Shown here one piece after another: positions 36,644 to 45,484 of a DNA stretch of 64,000 nucleotides. The translations under genes and the position numbers were made by a program. The stretch spans positions 13,117 through 77,116 of the IMG/VR virus record IMGVR_UViG_3300005533_000002; one strand, 5' to 3'. The number at the start of each line of letters is the position of its first letter. The first letter of the stretch is position 1. A model generated the notes under the pieces. It was not told the DNA's origin. It saw nothing but the letters and a program-made list of their open reading frames with translations, and made no database searches. This stretch comes from a virus.

Positions 36644-37011
36644 TTTACCTACTCCATTTTGACCGGCCGCTAGCCCACGCATCCCACTATCTGGGATACA
36701 CCAAGGACGGACAGTCTTTGGAGGCTCGCCTTGAGCAACATCGGTCCGGGCGCGGCGCCCGTCTGATGGCCGTCATCAAGGAGGCCGGCATCGGCTTTAC
36801 GCTGGTGCGGACGTGGGAAGGCGGCCGTACAGAGGAACGGCTACTCAAAAAACTGAAATGCGGACCAAGGCTTTGCCCGATCTGTAACCCAAAAGTCTCA
36901 ACAGAAGGAGAGCAACCGCGCAACGAACAAAAACCAAAACTGGCCGCCGGTACGGCGTTGACCCGGCAACCACAAAGCGCGAGTACAGTGAGCGAGAGTT
37001 TGAGTTTTTGA
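36640..37011 (+). CDS. GIY-YIG endonuclease with C-terminal CPIC
   Basis: IYLLHF...HYLGYT...RLEQHRSGRGA...EERLLK. Confidence 0.8.
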   Translation: MIYLLHFDRPLAHASHYLGYTKDGQSLEARLEQHRSGRGARLMAVIKEAGIGFTLVRTWEGGRTEERLLKKLKCGPRLCPICNPKVSTEGEQPRNEQKPKLAAGTALTRQPQSASTVSESLSF

Positions 37012-37145
37012 AGGCGATGCAGCGATACAAAACCGAGAACCGCCGCCCATTCCCGACACTCAGCGAGACGCTCGAAGTCCTGCACGCCATCGGATATCGC
37101 AAAGTGGCCGAGCCCGAGCAACTGCCAGGGTTGTGTCGGCCGTGA
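36918..37145 (+). pseudogene. Planctomycete-type small protein lacking a canonical start codon
   Basis: Manual translation VDPATTKREYSEREFEFLKAMQRYKTENRRPFPTLSETLEVLHAIGYRKVA; AAGGAG followed by GCG. Confidence 0.55.
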
Positions 37146-37162
37146 CAGAGTGGAGGTTGACA

Positions 37163-37504
37163 ATGAGTTGGGAAATTGAAACTGAGGCTGAAGCCGAAGC
37201 GAGACGAAAAACCGGAGCCATCGACGGCCGCTTTCAGGTTTGTCATCCAGCCGCCGGCTTTGTAGATTCGGCCAATACGCTCGCTGAGGCGTTTGAGATT
37301 GCAGACCGGTACGCGGCACGCAAGATGCCAGATGGCGGGCTTTTTCTTGGCGATCCGTTCGAAATTGAAGTGTATGACCGAATGGCTAGGCGCGGGAGGG
37401 CAAGAACATGGAGAAGGCGGCCAAAAAACGGCACCTACTCAGTCAAGTATGGAGACAAGTTTAGCAAGGACGCCTTTTGGCAATGCGTAGATATTCGCAA
37501 CTAG
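37163..37504 (+). CDS. Hypothetical protein
   Basis: GGAGG RBS, ATG 37163. Confidence 0.6.
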   Translation: MSWEIETEAEAEARRKTGAIDGRFQVCHPAAGFVDSANTLAEAFEIADRYAARKMPDGGLFLGDPFEIEVYDRMARRGRARTWRRRPKNGTYSVKYGDKFSKDAFWQCVDIRN

Positions 37505-37570
37505 AAGTTGGGCCGGCGGCCGTGTCAGCGGCCCCGGCCCGTGGACTCAAACCGCAATGGAGTTTGAATC

Positions 37571-38242
37571 ATGAGCAAGTCTACCAGCGATTGGACTGAA
37601 CGTCACCCCGAAGATATCGTCATCACCGATACCGAAGACGACTTGTGCGCCCTCTGCGGCGGCGAAGAGTGCATTCTGAACCCGGATTACATTACCTGGG
37701 AAGAAACCGAGTGCGAGCGGCTTCCCTGGTGGGTACAGAACGATTCACGCCGGCATGGGCCGTGCGGCGGCCAACGACAGTGGGACGAAGACGTTGGCGC
37801 TCCGCCGCGATACATCCCTTGCCCCCGTTGCGGCAGTCCGAGCACCATGCCGGAAGCGGCCCGCAAGGTTTGGCGTGAAGGTATCCTGCCCAATATAAGC
37901 ACCGAAGGATTGCAGGCGCTACGGTTGGCCTTACTCAAGGATGACAAAGCGTTGATTCAAGGTGCCACCACGAACCCGCCGGCGTTCCAATCGTTCCTGG
38001 AATGCCCAGTGCACGGATGCTGCCTGATCTGCTACACCGGCTGGAAAGGGCTCGGGCTCGATACGATTGCCGATGTCGAAGATTACTTTTCCGGACTGTG
38101 CCACGCGGCCGAAGAGCGCTTGGGCGAGCCGGCGGTCACCCGCTACCTCATGAGCTGGTACGACGAAACGCCACGAGAGCAGATGCTGGCAACCATGCTG
38201 GCAGAAGTCCACGCAAACCTTGCTGAGCGTGCCAAATCGTAG
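37571..38242 (+). CDS. Zn-finger domain fused to a Gemmataceae-type conserved domain
   Basis: CALCGG...CPRC; then RKVWREG..P..ST.GL.AL..AL..DD..LIQGATT.PP...LGEPA..RY...WYDETPR (recognised from memory). Confidence 0.7.
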   Translation: MSKSTSDWTERHPEDIVITDTEDDLCALCGGEECILNPDYITWEETECERLPWWVQNDSRRHGPCGGQRQWDEDVGAPPRYIPCPRCGSPSTMPEAARKVWREGILPNISTEGLQALRLALLKDDKALIQGATTNPPAFQSFLECPVHGCCLICYTGWKGLGLDTIADVEDYFSGLCHAAEERLGEPAVTRYLMSWYDETPREQMLATMLAEVHANLAERAKS

Positions 38243-38248
38243 TACACT

Positions 38249-38506
38249 GTGGGTGCCAAAATGCAACACGAAAAGGGGGAACACATGGCAGGGCACCCAA
38301 GGGAAGATTCGCCAATGTTTGAACATGGCCGGGAAAATCTCTCGAAGACTGTAAGCGTCAGGATGACAGAACGGGAGTTTGACTTTCTGAACAAAGAGGC
38401 CGAGCGGACTGGGCTGGGCAAGGCGGATATCCTTCGCCGGGCGCTCGGACTGCTGTACAACATGGCGCATGGTGAGATCGACAAAATCCTAAAGAGGAGA
38501 AAGTGA
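38249..38506 (+). CDS. Ribbon-helix-helix (CopG-like) protein
   Basis: KTVSVRMTEREFDFLNKEAERTGLGKADILRRAL. Confidence 0.8.
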   Translation: MGAKMQHEKGEHMAGHPREDSPMFEHGRENLSKTVSVRMTEREFDFLNKEAERTGLGKADILRRALGLLYNMAHGEIDKILKRRK

Positions 38507-38507
38507 A

Positions 38508-38708
38508 ATGCTGTTCTTCAAGTGGATTAGGGACCAGATACGCCAAGCCGTAGTGGCCGGCTTCCAGGACGGCATGGAAGACCTGAACAACATGGCCGCC
38601 GCGAACGCTCCAGCGACGTCCGATAAGCTACTCGGGCGGTTCGACCGAGTTCTTTCCATGACCGCTACGGAAGCGGCGGGGCCGGTCGAGAAGAAGGCGA
38701 AAAGATGA
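38508..38708 (+). CDS. Small hypothetical protein
   Basis: GAGGAG RBS; last gene before terminator. Confidence 0.55.
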   Translation: MLFFKWIRDQIRQAVVAGFQDGMEDLNNMAAANAPATSDKLLGRFDRVLSMTATEAAGPVEKKAKR

Positions 38709-38735
38709 GTGGCTTGATTGGGGCGCCAGTTGGCG

Positions 38736-38781
38736 AACAAAAGGGGCCGCAGCAGATATTCTGCTGCGGCCCCTTTTTGTT
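38736..38781. terminator. Bidirectional intrinsic terminator
   Basis: AAAAGGGGCCGCAGCAGA-TAT-TCTGCTGCGGCCCCTTTT between convergent operons. Confidence 0.9.
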
Positions 38782-38797
38782 GTGGCGATCTGCTTGG

Positions 38798-39109
38798 TTA
38801 GCGATGGTGATGGTGCCAGCGGTATCCGTGCCACGGACGATAGTAAAGCGGCGCCCAGAAGCCAACTGGTCCCACGCGAATGCCGACTGCCGGGGCAGGT
38901 GCCACCACTACCGGCGGAGCAGCCGGGACAACCAGGACCGGCGGTTGGCAATCGCAGCGTGGATTACATTGGTACGCCGGCCCGCACTGGCACTGCGGAC
39001 CGCATGGGCAGCCGGGGCAGCATTCACAGCCGGCACTGGCGATTCCGGCACCAGCCAACAGCAACGCGGCAAGCATGGCTAAGACAGTCAAAATTTTGAC
39101 AGACTGCAT
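38798..39109 (-). CDS. Secreted Cys/Pro/His-rich small protein
   Basis: AAGGAGG RBS; signal peptide then CECCPGCPCGPQCQC...; ends HHHHR. Confidence 0.7.
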   Translation of the reverse strand: MQSVKILTVLAMLAALLLAGAGIASAGCECCPGCPCGPQCQCGPAYQCNPRCDCQPPVLVVPAAPPVVVAPAPAVGIRVGPVGFWAPLYYRPWHGYRWHHHHR

Positions 39110-39122
39110 ATCGGAACCTCCT

Positions 39123-39371
39123 TCAGATTGAGAACTGTTTGCGAAGCTCGGCAATGTGTTGTTCGAGTGCCTGCCTGGCACGCTCGGCGGCCACGTCGGC
39201 ATCGGCCTTCTTCTTGGTCGCGTCCTGATGCGCAACATGAAGCCTGCCGAGCTGCGTTGCCAGGTCGTTCAGCGGCTTGGGAATTTTCTCCATAATGCCA
39301 GCTCCCGTCTCGATGCCAATAACCAAGGCAACACAGCACGCGCCGATCATGAGCAGCAAATCAACGTTCAT
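39123..39371 (-). CDS. N-terminal TM plus coiled-coil protein (spanin-like architecture)
   Basis: LLLMIGACCVALVIGI then heptad-rich helix; ATGA overlap. Confidence 0.5.
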   Translation of the reverse strand: MNVDLLLMIGACCVALVIGIETGAGIMEKIPKPLNDLATQLGRLHVAHQDATKKKADADVAAERARQALEQHIAELRKQFSI

Positions 39372-40210
39372 CGGGCTGCCGGCCACAACGCCGGCCTCCA
39401 GCCGCTGAACTTCTGGTATCCGGCTGGCGGGCCATTGGCGGATGCCGGCGGCACACCGAGCGGAATGGACTGAAGCGGACTACCTTGGGGAGTAGGCGCT
39501 GGGCTCGCTTGCGGAGTGGGCGCCGGTTCAGCCTTGGGCATTTGCGGCACTGGAACCGGTTGCGGCTGCTGCGGAGTTGGTGCCGGCACAGGAGATGATT
39601 GGCTTGGTGGCACCAGCGGAATAATCTGCTGCGGCCCCTGGCCCAACGGGATGTTTTGCTGGGGAAGCGTCCCAATAGGAATGTTTTGAATCGGTGGTCC
39701 GCCCAGTGGGATATCTTGGCGCGGTGGTCCGCCCAGCGGGATGTTTTGCAACGGCGGACCGCCTAGCGGGATGTTTTGCAACGGCGGATACTGCGGGTTG
39801 AATTGCGGCTGCGGCGCCGGCTGATTGATGATAATCGGCGGCAACTGTTGCGGATGCGCCTGCTGCTGAAGCTGGTTGATCTGATTCTGAAGCTGCTGTT
39901 CCAACTTCAATAGACGCTGCTCATGGTTGGCCCGGAATGGCAACACAAAGCCGCGCGATTGGGCCGATGCCATTCCGGGCAACAGAAGCAAGCAGAGCAA
40001 GATTCCAGTCGCCTTGATGGCCGCGCTCGGCGGTTGGTCTTTCGGATCTTTGATCGGTGACGGCAGCAGATGCGTCAAAATGGCATAGAGACAGCCAAGG
40101 ACGGCCGCCGGCGTCGGATTCTGTGCCAAATACTGTTGGATCTGAGTGCTGTACGCGGTAGCAACCATCACTAGGACTGGCAAGACAGAGGGAAGCCAAT
40201 TCGTGTTCAT
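39368..40210 (-). CDS. Membrane protein (about 3 TM) with Pro/Gln-rich tail; holin-like N-terminus
   Basis: AGGAG RBS; hydrophobic segments; QNIPLGGPP repeats. Confidence 0.6.
   Translation of the reverse strand: MNTNWLPSVLPVLVMVATAYSTQIQQYLAQNPTPAAVLGCLYAILTHLLPSPIKDPKDQPPSAAIKATGILLCLLLLPGMASAQSRGFVLPFRANHEQRLLKLEQQLQNQINQLQQQAHPQQLPPIIINQPAPQPQFNPQYPPLQNIPLGGPPLQNIPLGGPPRQDIPLGGPPIQNIPIGTLPQQNIPLGQGPQQIIPLVPPSQSSPVPAPTPQQPQPVPVPQMPKAEPAPTPQASPAPTPQGSPLQSIPLGVPPASANGPPAGYQKFSGWRPALWPAAR
39640..39790 (-). repeat. Coding 30-bp tandem repeat (QNIPLGGPPx, about 5 copies)
   Basis: CCGCCGTTGCAAAACATCCCGCT units. Confidence 0.75.
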
Positions 40211-40254
40211 GGGCGATACTCCTGCCCCGCACGGGGGCAATGCGTTGTCTATCG

Positions 40255-40992
40255 TCAGCCGCCGCCGGGGCATGGCTGTGGTCGAAAGTATTGACGCTCC
40301 GGCTGCCATATCGGTTGCAGTGGCTGCTGTTGCTGGTTCTGCTGTGCGTTGTGCTTGGCCCGGTAGCGATCCAAAAAGTTGTGGATTGTGGCAAGGTCTA
40401 CATACATCCCTCGCCGGCTTGGGGAAGAGTAAGGAGTCTCGTATCCTTGACATGTTCCGATGAGCTGCCCCTTCGTGATATCGATCAGTCCGCCGCCGCT
40501 GCGGCCGTGCCACGGCTTTTCGCGCGTGTACCACGTCCCGCCCTCATCGCTGAGAATCGTCGTGGGCACCTGGTGCATGGGGAATTCCATCTTGTCGAAG
40601 CCGCACGAGAGAATGTTGTCCCCAGACGGATTGAATCCGCGCGGCGCCACGGGGGCAACATACTCAAGCGGACCATCGTTGAGCAGCACAAGCGACAGAT
40701 CGGCCTCGTAGTCCAGAAACACCAGTTTCGAGCCTACTTGCTTCGGCGGCCCCTGGTTCGCCCGGCAGATATCGAAGACCATCGGTTTGTTGCGACTGCT
40801 TCCTTGGTAAGCGTGGCCACAGCCGAGAATCCAGCTGTAGCCCTGTGCGGTATCGATTACCGTTGCCGATGCTCCATGCGAAGGGATGCGCACAACCGCA
40901 TACTGCTCGTTGGCGGCATTGGCAACTTGGGCAATGACGCCAACGAGCACCGCAGCCAGCGAAGTGGCCAGCAGGGGGGCAGAGAATTTCAT
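40255..40992 (-). CDS. Secreted trypsin-like serine protease
   Basis: Signal peptide; ILGCGH (His), ADLSLV (Asp), HGRSGGGL (Ser). Confidence 0.85.
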   Translation of the reverse strand: MKFSAPLLATSLAAVLVGVIAQVANAANEQYAVVRIPSHGASATVIDTAQGYSWILGCGHAYQGSSRNKPMVFDICRANQGPPKQVGSKLVFLDYEADLSLVLLNDGPLEYVAPVAPRGFNPSGDNILSCGFDKMEFPMHQVPTTILSDEGGTWYTREKPWHGRSGGGLIDITKGQLIGTCQGYETPYSSPSRRGMYVDLATIHNFLDRYRAKHNAQQNQQQQPLQPIWQPERQYFRPQPCPGGG

Positions 40993-41019
40993 GGGCGAAA
41001 CCTCGGCGTTGAGGTTGTC

Positions 41020-41451
41020 TTATCCAGCGGCAGCGCCAGCCAGGGCGCCGCTCACGGCTTGAGCCACACCGGCAACCGTGCTGGCGATTTGCGACACTTG
41101 GCCAACCGCCGTTCCCAGTGGAATCGGATTGGAGCTGACCGGGCCGGACGGAGCCGACGTAGCCGGCGGCGATGCCGGACCGACTGGCTTGGCCGGCGCG
41201 GGAATCGGGGTCACAACGGGCTTCGGCAGCACTGGATCGGGCCAGATTCCAGTTTGGTCCTGGAACGCCTGGAGCAAGACGGCATAGAAAATCTTCGCGC
41301 CTTCGTACAGCGCGACGTTCTTCGACTGCTCGGCCGCGTCCTTAAACGTCGGGTCTACGTTGACCGGACTGGCGCCGAATTCGGCGGCCGCCAGGACGCA
41401 CGATGCGTTCATCAGCATCGCTTTAATTTGTGCGGTTGGAAGATCAGTCAT
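41020..41451 (-). CDS. Hypothetical protein with Pro-rich linker and amphipathic tail
   Basis: GAGGAG RBS. Confidence 0.6.
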   Translation of the reverse strand: MTDLPTAQIKAMLMNASCVLAAAEFGASPVNVDPTFKDAAEQSKNVALYEGAKIFYAVLLQAFQDQTGIWPDPVLPKPVVTPIPAPAKPVGPASPPATSAPSGPVSSNPIPLGTAVGQVSQIASTVAGVAQAVSGALAGAAAG

Positions 41452-41466
41452 GGGCGATACTCCTCG

Positions 41467-42405
41467 TTAGCGAGACACTTGCGGAAAGCGGTTAGCCATG
41501 AGTCCAGGAACGTTCTGGGCCGCCGGCTGAATGTGCTGAACTGGCGGTTGTGCCAGCATTGTCGGGTTCGACTCAACAGCAATGGCTTGCTTCGGTGGAT
41601 TTTTGGTCTCTTGCAGCCATATGGCATATTCGGTCAATCCGACCAGGAAGAACGGATTCGGATTCGTTGCCGAACGTTTGGCCCGAACCATTGACAGGGC
41701 CTGGTCGCGATTCCAGCCGCATGATTTCATGTGGTACGCCACATCCACGAGGCCGGCGCGACTCTGGCCATCCGAGCAGTGAACCAGGACGGTCCAGCCG
41801 TGCGAACGCCATGCAGCAATCGTGTCAACAGCGGCGTCCAGCCAGTCAATGCCGGGGAATTGATGGTCTTGGATTGGCATCCAGACAAACGCGCGGGGCG
41901 CGTGCGTCGGATAGAAGGTGTCCTGCCGCTCGTTGGCCAGGCTCATGATGGCCTGCACGCTATCCGGCATGGACTGGATGAAACCGCTGGTCATGATGCC
42001 GTCATCGACGAATTCCGGGGAAACTTCGATTGTGGCAGTATCAGGGCACGGCTGCTGACTGATGATTGGTTGCATTGGTGTCGCTTCGACTTGCGGGGGT
42101 TTTTGCTCAGCCAGAGGCGGCGTGTTGTTCGGCCAGTGCCAAGAGTTGACCTCGTTGCAGCGTGCGCTATAGCGTGCGCTACGAGCGATCTGCAACGCAC
42201 CAGATTGGTGGTGAACGTTCACAACCGGATCAGCGGTCGGATCAATCATCACGTGGCAGTCGATCACGCCGTCAACGTGGTCAAGAACCTTACTGATCCA
42301 GGCCGCACGGATTTCGCCATTCGAAAGAACGTATCGAATTTCCCGCCCAATTTGAATTGGAAATGGTTGGAACGGATTGGAGAGCCTGCTCGGCAAATTG
42401 TTCAT
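41467..42405 (-). CDS. Dual-specificity protein phosphatase domain fusion
   Basis: WMPIQD acid loop, VLVHCSDGQSRAG (HCxxGxxR), A...VR.KR....PN..F. Confidence 0.85.
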   Translation of the reverse strand: MNNLPSRLSNPFQPFPIQIGREIRYVLSNGEIRAAWISKVLDHVDGVIDCHVMIDPTADPVVNVHHQSGALQIARSARYSARCNEVNSWHWPNNTPPLAEQKPPQVEATPMQPIISQQPCPDTATIEVSPEFVDDGIMTSGFIQSMPDSVQAIMSLANERQDTFYPTHAPRAFVWMPIQDHQFPGIDWLDAAVDTIAAWRSHGWTVLVHCSDGQSRAGLVDVAYHMKSCGWNRDQALSMVRAKRSATNPNPFFLVGLTEYAIWLQETKNPPKQAIAVESNPTMLAQPPVQHIQPAAQNVPGLMANRFPQVSR

Positions 42406-42416
42406 GGTTCCCCCCG

Positions 42417-42740
42417 TTATTTCTTGTTTTGCTGATTGAGCATGGCGGCCAGCATGCCGTTTTGGCCGTCTTTCTCAATCAACTCTTCGACCCACGCCGG
42501 ACTGAAACCGGCACGCCGCAGCTTTTCCGCCATGTCGAGTACAGCTTCGCCGTGTCGCACAAAAGCGTTGACGATGCTGGCCCATTTCAGACCGAGCGTA
42601 ATGGCGCGCGAAACGCAGTAGTTCAAGTCGTGATGCTCGGCCGCAACTGCGGCCTCGACTGGGGCCTGCGTTTGGCCCGGCGGACCGTCGGCGCCGCGCC
42701 CACTATCGACCGCCACAAAGTTCTTGACTTCTTCACTCAC
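42417..42740 (-). CDS. Hypothetical protein
   Basis: Overlaps upstream gene end. Confidence 0.55.
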   Translation of the reverse strand: MSEEVKNFVAVDSGRGADGPPGQTQAPVEAAVAAEHHDLNYCVSRAITLGLKWASIVNAFVRHGEAVLDMAEKLRRAGFSPAWVEELIEKDGQNGMLAAMLNQQNKK

Positions 42741-43035
42741 CCGTTTTCCCCTTTGTGTTGCGAATTACCGTAGCCACTTCCTCAAGAAATATGCGCCCCT
42801 GCACGATGGCAGCGTGATTATCTGCAATGCACCGCCTGAGATCGTCGCACATTTCCTTGTGATGGGCCTGAATCGTACCAAGCGATTGCAGGTAGCCCCT
42901 TCTGTCCGCGCTCGACTCTTCGCGTTGCTCTTGCAGCTCGGAAAACAGCCGGCGCACCACCCACGAGAGCAACCCCATGAGCATGAGGAAGCCAGAGGCA
43001 AAGGCCCCAACCAAGCTGACGTTGACGTTTTCCAT
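42733..43035 (-). CDS. Single-TM coiled-coil protein (holin-like)
   Basis: ATG 43035 after GGAG; TM LVGAFASGFLMLMGLLSWVV; first gene after tail genes. Confidence 0.55.
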   Translation of the reverse strand: MENVNVSLVGAFASGFLMLMGLLSWVVRRLFSELQEQREESSADRRGYLQSLGTIQAHHKEMCDDLRRCIADNHAAIVQGRIFLEEVATVIRNTKGKTGE

Positions 43036-43093
43036 TGTTGGGCGCTCCAATGGTTCACTACATGATAGCGAAACTCTGCCATTTTTGACAAGT

Positions 43094-44344
43094 CTACATC
43101 CTACTAACGGTTGCGTTGGACTCGTAGCCGAAGCCGCCGTCCTGGCAAAGGAGATTCTTGTTTGGCCCGAGAATGTCTTGAGGGGTCCAGGTTGGGCCGA
43201 CGAATTGCGTGGGGTCAAAAACCCCCTGCACCAGCGCCACTACATTGCCGACGCACGGGCCGCCGCTATTCCAACCAAGAACAAAGCTGGCCGCAAACAT
43301 CCCATTCACACCGATGACGGCAGTTGGCGTGCCAGTGGCCGTCAGAATGGTTCCTGTCTGCATGCCGTTGTAAGGTGCTCCCACGGACGGGAAGTACGCC
43401 GAATCGCATGTTGCCGGGCCAGCAACTACCTGTTGCCCCTGTGGGCTCGTGTAGAACAGCCAAAGCTGTAGCGCCAGCCTGTCGAAAGAATCAAAATCGA
43501 CGGCGCCCGGCACGGGCAGGTTGCTAGCCCGGCTGTTGGCATCTGCGGCGCCTGGATAGTACATCATGCACGCCGAGATCGTGGAATTGTCCGGACGGGC
43601 CATGCCGCCGTACCAGGCCACTACGCCCGACTTGGACATGAGAGCGTCGTTGAAATCCTGGACTGTAACAATGCTGGCAATATCCTTGTTGGGCGAACCG
43701 TAGTACCCGGACAGCACTAGAAACGGGATGGTATTGTATAGTGGCTCCAGGTATGGCCCCGGCGTCTGGAATTGGCCGAAATCGAGCTGGATTTGCGTCC
43801 CCGCGACAGCCGCGCACCCGAACAGATTGGACAGGGTCAATACCAGTCTGGTCGGAAAGCACGCCGGACCGAGTTGCTGCTGCGAGCCGAATGGCGGTGG
43901 AACCGGCGTGTTGACACTGTAGTCGCTCGGGTAGCCGAGTGGATCGGCGGCGCTCGCCAAACTGAAATCGAAAACGTTGCCGGGGTCCGGCCATTGGTAG
44001 GACATAAGCGGCACGTTCGGATTGTTGTTCAGCTCTTTGACGGTAATCGATCCAGAGCCCACGTTAATGGTGCCGTCACTGTTGAGGACAACCGGAACAG
44101 CGGTGTATTGCGGCTGGCCAAATCGGTCGGTTCCCGTGCCGGTAATCTGCACGGGCGTTTGGCCGAGTGTGCCGCCGGCCCCACCCGTTGTCTTGAGCCG
44201 CAGCGTCACGCCGCGCGAATCGCGCCACACCTTGAATGGCGGAGCGACGTTGACCATTGCGTTGCGCCGCTGCTGCTCCAGCATGGCATTCAGGTCTGCG
44301 GCCGTTACTGGCGTCTTGCCGCCGACGTAGTTGGGGTAGGTCAT
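43094..44344 (-). CDS. Tail tip/fibre protein, paralog 3
   Basis: N-terminal TAADLN...RRN...VAPP; position after tape measure. Confidence 0.65.
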   Translation of the reverse strand: MTYPNYVGGKTPVTAADLNAMLEQQRRNAMVNVAPPFKVWRDSRGVTLRLKTTGGAGGTLGQTPVQITGTGTDRFGQPQYTAVPVVLNSDGTINVGSGSITVKELNNNPNVPLMSYQWPDPGNVFDFSLASAADPLGYPSDYSVNTPVPPPFGSQQQLGPACFPTRLVLTLSNLFGCAAVAGTQIQLDFGQFQTPGPYLEPLYNTIPFLVLSGYYGSPNKDIASIVTVQDFNDALMSKSGVVAWYGGMARPDNSTISACMMYYPGAADANSRASNLPVPGAVDFDSFDRLALQLWLFYTSPQGQQVVAGPATCDSAYFPSVGAPYNGMQTGTILTATGTPTAVIGVNGMFAASFVLGWNSGGPCVGNVVALVQGVFDPTQFVGPTWTPQDILGPNKNLLCQDGGFGYESNATVSRM

Positions 44345-44529
44345 TCCCGTGCACCCCCACAGCACCCACCAGAGCGGCGAACGATATCTTGGCTGACTGC
44401 CAGGGCCGCGTATTCTTGTGCCGTAAGTTGCCGGCCTTCGCAACGGGCACGATAGCGCACGTCGGTCTCGTATAGCCGACAGAACTTGCAGGTTCCCGAA
44501 TACTCGCAAAGACAAGGTCCAGGTCTCAT
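44341..44529 (-). CDS. Small Cys-rich protein
   Basis: CLC...CKFC...GGCCGG; ATGA overlaps at both ends. Confidence 0.55.
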   Translation of the reverse strand: MRPGPCLCEYSGTCKFCRLYETDVRYRARCEGRQLTAQEYAALAVSQDIVRRSGGCCGGARE

Positions 44530-45482
44530 TGATGCACCGTAGCGGTTATATCCCCATTGCAGCCCAATCCGAAGCCGGCGAGATCGAAGGAAACGTTTAG
44601 CGGCGGCCCGCAATTGGCTGACAGGATGCTTCCGGCGTTGGGTGAGCCACCGTTAGGACAGAGCCAGGAAAAACAGAAGCTGCCGGCGGGTGTAAAGTTG
44701 CAGGGCGCTGGATCAGAGCCCGTACAGCAGCGGAACGCAAACGGCGCCAGGATATTGTTCGATGGCGGATTGTCTTCCCACTGGCCATCGGTGCTGTTGA
44801 ACACGAGGGCAATGCCCGACTCATTCGCGCCGGCAAAGTCCCCGGTGCCACCGGCCAAATCCAGGGTTAGGGTATTGGGAAGCTGGCCGGGACAGCAACC
44901 AGTCATCTGGCCACCGCCAGTAATCTGCACGCTGGCCGAGTCCCGGCCCTGGCCGCGTTCGGTATCAATTACCTGCCGCGCGTTTGGCGCGTAGGCGTCA
45001 AACCACCAAACGCCCGTGGGGTTGCCGTGATTGTCGAGAACCGGATAGAGCAATACAACCTGGTTAACCTTCGTGGTGGGAACGCTGGCTGATGGCGCCA
45101 GTCCATCTTGATCGAAGAATGCGTTCCCTGCATTCAACGCGAATGCTGCCGTGTCGCCAAACGGCGTAGTGGATTCGCCGTGCATCAGGATGGTCCGGTG
45201 GCCACCCGGCTTCGGAACGAAATCGTGGCGAACCTCATCGTACTCGACTTCGATGAAATCAAAGGGGGCAAAACCAATGGCTGCGCCAGTCTGGAAGCGA
45301 TGCAGCCTGGCTAAGACGCGCTGCGACGCGACAACGCCGGCCAGCTTGGCCTTGAGCCGCATGGCGTCCGGCAGGTTGAGCGAGTCGAGCGGCGGCGCGG
45401 ACCATAGCCGGTTCCGGCGCATCATTTCTTGGCGAAACCGCTGGAAGAAATCTGGAGTCAGTTCGTCGCCCGGCGAAATCAT
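44526..45482 (-). CDS. Tail tip/fibre protein, paralog 2, Cys-rich C-terminus
   Basis: PGDELTP...RRN...SAPP; CC...P.TL.L motif. Confidence 0.65.
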   Translation of the reverse strand: MISPGDELTPDFFQRFRQEMMRRNRLWSAPPLDSLNLPDAMRLKAKLAGVVASQRVLARLHRFQTGAAIGFAPFDFIEVEYDEVRHDFVPKPGGHRTILMHGESTTPFGDTAAFALNAGNAFFDQDGLAPSASVPTTKVNQVVLLYPVLDNHGNPTGVWWFDAYAPNARQVIDTERGQGRDSASVQITGGGQMTGCCPGQLPNTLTLDLAGGTGDFAGANESGIALVFNSTDGQWEDNPPSNNILAPFAFRCCTGSDPAPCNFTPAGSFCFSWLCPNGGSPNAGSILSANCGPPLNVSFDLAGFGLGCNGDITATVHQ

Positions 45483-45484
45483 GG

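Noticed and set aside
39660-39680. Self-target of the GGY-NN code (GGn ACn CTn CCn in GTLP codons)
   Set aside because: Only 4 of 12 dinucleotides match; expected by chance
40240-41694. 484-aa plus-strand ORF, and similar long ORFs at 13581, 24320, 26536, 48592 and 57916
   Set aside because: Antisense shadows of well-supported minus-strand genes in GC-rich DNA; no motifs
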